From NCBI GenBank assembly GCA_965217895.1, contig CBDCJV010000002.1, forward strand, positions 2,912,001 through 2,976,000: DNA of 64,000 nt, given 5' to 3'. Below, one piece after another: positions 62,207 to 64,000 of the stretch (the first letter of the stretch is position 1; each line of letters opens with the position of its first letter). This DNA comes from Waterburya sp. (GTDB lineage: Bacteria > Cyanobacteriota > Cyanobacteriia > Cyanobacteriales > Xenococcaceae). Position numbers and translations under genes: made by a program. The notes under the pieces are model-generated. The model did no database searches, had not been told where the DNA came from, and saw only the letters and a program-made list of their open reading frames with translations.

Positions 62207-62396
62207 AAAATTATCTCAAGCTATAGGTTAGCTTGATTAAAATTATTTGTTTTTTAAATAAGTAATGCTATTGGTTGATATTTAGAATCAATAAATTTCT
62301 TGTATAAAGAGCGCGATCGCTGTTAATGAAGCAATATATCAATAATCTTGATATAGCAATACCATTTAGTATCCATTCTATAACTTTGAACACCAA

Positions 62397-62615
62397 TTAT
62401 GCTTCTGCATCTAGCTCCTCCTCATCTTCGGCTAGGATGTCTTCCAGTTCATTTGTTTCTTTATCATCACTAAAGCGATCTGATTGACTAGGCATAAATC
62501 GACCAGTACTCTTAATCCATCTAAAAAGAGATTCATTTTCTCTAGGGGCGATAATCGATGCAGGTTCGCCTATTGGTTCTTCTTGAAGTGCGGGATTTTG
62601 GTATTTTTTAGTCAT
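62397..62615 (-). CDS. DUF3134 family protein
   Basis: NPAL.E.P...PA.II.P...SL..W...TGR motif with acidic tail. Confidence 0.8.
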   Translation of the reverse strand: MTKKYQNPALQEEPIGEPASIIAPRENESLFRWIKSTGRFMPSQSDRFSDDKETNELEDILAEDEEELDAEA

Positions 62616-62636
62616 TTTTATTATTGTCTCAAGTTC

Positions 62637-63728
62637 CTATTTAATAAATTGCTTTTTGATAAAAGGTGAAGTCATTGCTGTCAAAAGACTGCCGTAATCG
62701 AGGTTAAAATTTACCCCTATTCCGACTTTGAGATCGGAGTTTATACTATTAATAACCGTGTGATCGCTACTAGATCCCAGTATTTCGAGATCTCGATCTG
62801 GACTTAAACCAGAGATCAGAGTGTCCTGCTTGCCTAAAGCAATAATCGCTCTTTGGTGTGTGCCACGATCTTTGAATACGGGGATATTACCAAAAGCATC
62901 TTGTCCAATTTCTCCAAAAGGTACAGAAGGCTTTATTTTCGATTCAATAACCTCGGCAATCAATTTAAAAGCATTGGTATGTAATTTCGGAATGGCTTGG
63001 CGGTTGACAGTTCCGCAGCCTAGAAGAATTGATTCTCCGATCCGCAGGTTATTAATTCGCCCAACCTGATTAGTGGATTTATACCATTCATAATTAGCGG
63101 AGTTTCCTCCAGAAATTAAAGCCAAATTAATTGAAAAATTTTTTTCTATGGCATCAGTTAATGCTGACAGTTGCTGCATTTTCTGATTGTCAGGCTTGAT
63201 GCCTCCATAGCAAGCCAAATTACAGCCGAGTCCAATAATTTTGAGATAAGGTAAGCAAAGAACTTTTTGAATGAAGAGGAAGATGTCATCAGGAAGTATT
63301 CCCTCTCGCAAGTCGCCCATTTCCACCATTAAAATTATCTGATGGATTTTATTTTGCAAAGAAGCATAATAGTTGAGCTTTTCCAGGGTAGCGATTTCTG
63401 TATTCAGGCTAATATCTACATCTTCAACAACTGATTCTGCTTGACTCAATGCCGTGCGGAGTAAGACAAACTGAGCCGATATTCTGGCATTTTTCATCCG
63501 CTGAATATTTTCTAAACGAGAGTCGGCAATAAACTTAACCCCGCCACGAATCATTGCTTCGGCAATCAACGGCTCTCCTAATACTGCCTTGGAAACTCCC
63601 ATCAAGGAAATACCTTGTTTTCCATAAAGTTCGCATAACATCTGAGCATTATGCTGTATGTCGGACAGGGTAATTTCGATTCTGGGCATAAACCCTTGCG
63701 TATTTTTGTGGCAACTTTTAACGTTCAC
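62637..63728 (-). CDS. Alanine/ornithine racemase family PLP enzyme
   Basis: GVSK PLP-Lys, ADSR..N, GDLREG, NLACYGG, SGGNS, RIGE.I, G.SSDH; GTGA overlap with the upstream gene. Confidence 0.9.
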   Translation of the reverse strand: MNVKSCHKNTQGFMPRIEITLSDIQHNAQMLCELYGKQGISLMGVSKAVLGEPLIAEAMIRGGVKFIADSRLENIQRMKNARISAQFVLLRTALSQAESVVEDVDISLNTEIATLEKLNYYASLQNKIHQIILMVEMGDLREGILPDDIFLFIQKVLCLPYLKIIGLGCNLACYGGIKPDNQKMQQLSALTDAIEKNFSINLALISGGNSANYEWYKSTNQVGRINNLRIGESILLGCGTVNRQAIPKLHTNAFKLIAEVIESKIKPSVPFGEIGQDAFGNIPVFKDRGTHQRAIIALGKQDTLISGLSPDRDLEILGSSSDHTVINSINSDLKVGIGVNFNLDYGSLLTAMTSPFIKKQFIK

Positions 63729-64000
63729 CCCGTTGTTAATAAAGGACGTATCTGAGAATTTCTTTGGTTTTGTCGTCGGTTGAGAGTGGGAAAAAGCTTA
63801 CTCAAGGCAAGTATTAGTTTGTCACAGCCATAGGTTAAAACATCTGTTGTGGGTAACAAAAGCTGTTCTTCATAGCCTTGGATAGTCTTCTGGATTTCTG
63901 TTTCAGTCAAGTTTTCATGGCTTAAAGCGATCGCAATTACCTGAGATTGGGAAATTGCTTTAATCAACTGAATTTCACTAACAATATTTGGCATTGGTAA
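63725..64000 (-). CDS. DUF1611-family protein, C-terminal part (runs off the window)
   Basis: P....EI.LI.......VIA.AL.HE........I..YE....LP.TD.L..G...L; coupled to the racemase. Confidence 0.7.
   Translation of the reverse strand, partial: LPMPNIVSEIQLIKAISQSQVIAIALSHENLTETEIQKTIQGYEEQLLLPTTDVLTYGCDKLILALSKLFPTLNRRQNQRNSQIRPLLTTG

Noticed and set aside
659..63069. Numerous short antisense or overlapping ORFs in the track (e.g. 659-910, 4573-4898, 11642-12138, 21147-21434, 42236-43550, 62821-63069)
   Set aside because: Shadow ORFs of well-supported genes, with no motifs

Overview
Chromosomal window from a phycoerythrin-containing cyanobacterium. The HIP1 octamer GCGATCGC is abundant, there are heptamer tandem repeats, and the sequence is AT-rich; a Pleurocapsales-like origin is an inference. 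Core genes include bolA, a ComA-like PLD, dacB, plsX-fabH, trmD, cphB-cphA, glyS, clpR-clpP and an mgsA-DAGK fusion. A phycoerythrin cpeC-D-E-(CpcD-like)-S-T-R operon carries an extra linker gene. A desiccation/general-stress cluster at about 13.6-22.6 kb holds hydrophilins, a Mn catalase and an acyl-CoA dehydrogenase/PIG-L/NodS-methyltransferase/GT2 cassette. A HIP1-free island carries an amber-interrupted BKACE gene plus an MFS transporter. The most striking signal is at 52.4-60.0 kb: four promoters share an 18-bp 6-5-6 direct-repeat box (CTTRYW-AWGTT-CTTGAC-R), each exactly 9 nt upstream of a TAnnnT -10 hexamer. They link a GT2-GtrA fusion, two paralogous GT-C-like membrane proteins, LptF/G, a T1SS-type OB-fold protein and a small secreted protein into a candidate envelope-glycosylation regulon. 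Also seen: a second candidate stress-promoter motif, several genes broken at HIP1 sites, an ATT-initiated gene, an unannotated 57-aa ORF, and nested miniature repeat elements, some translated inside genes. Family assignments come from motif recognition only; no searches were run.
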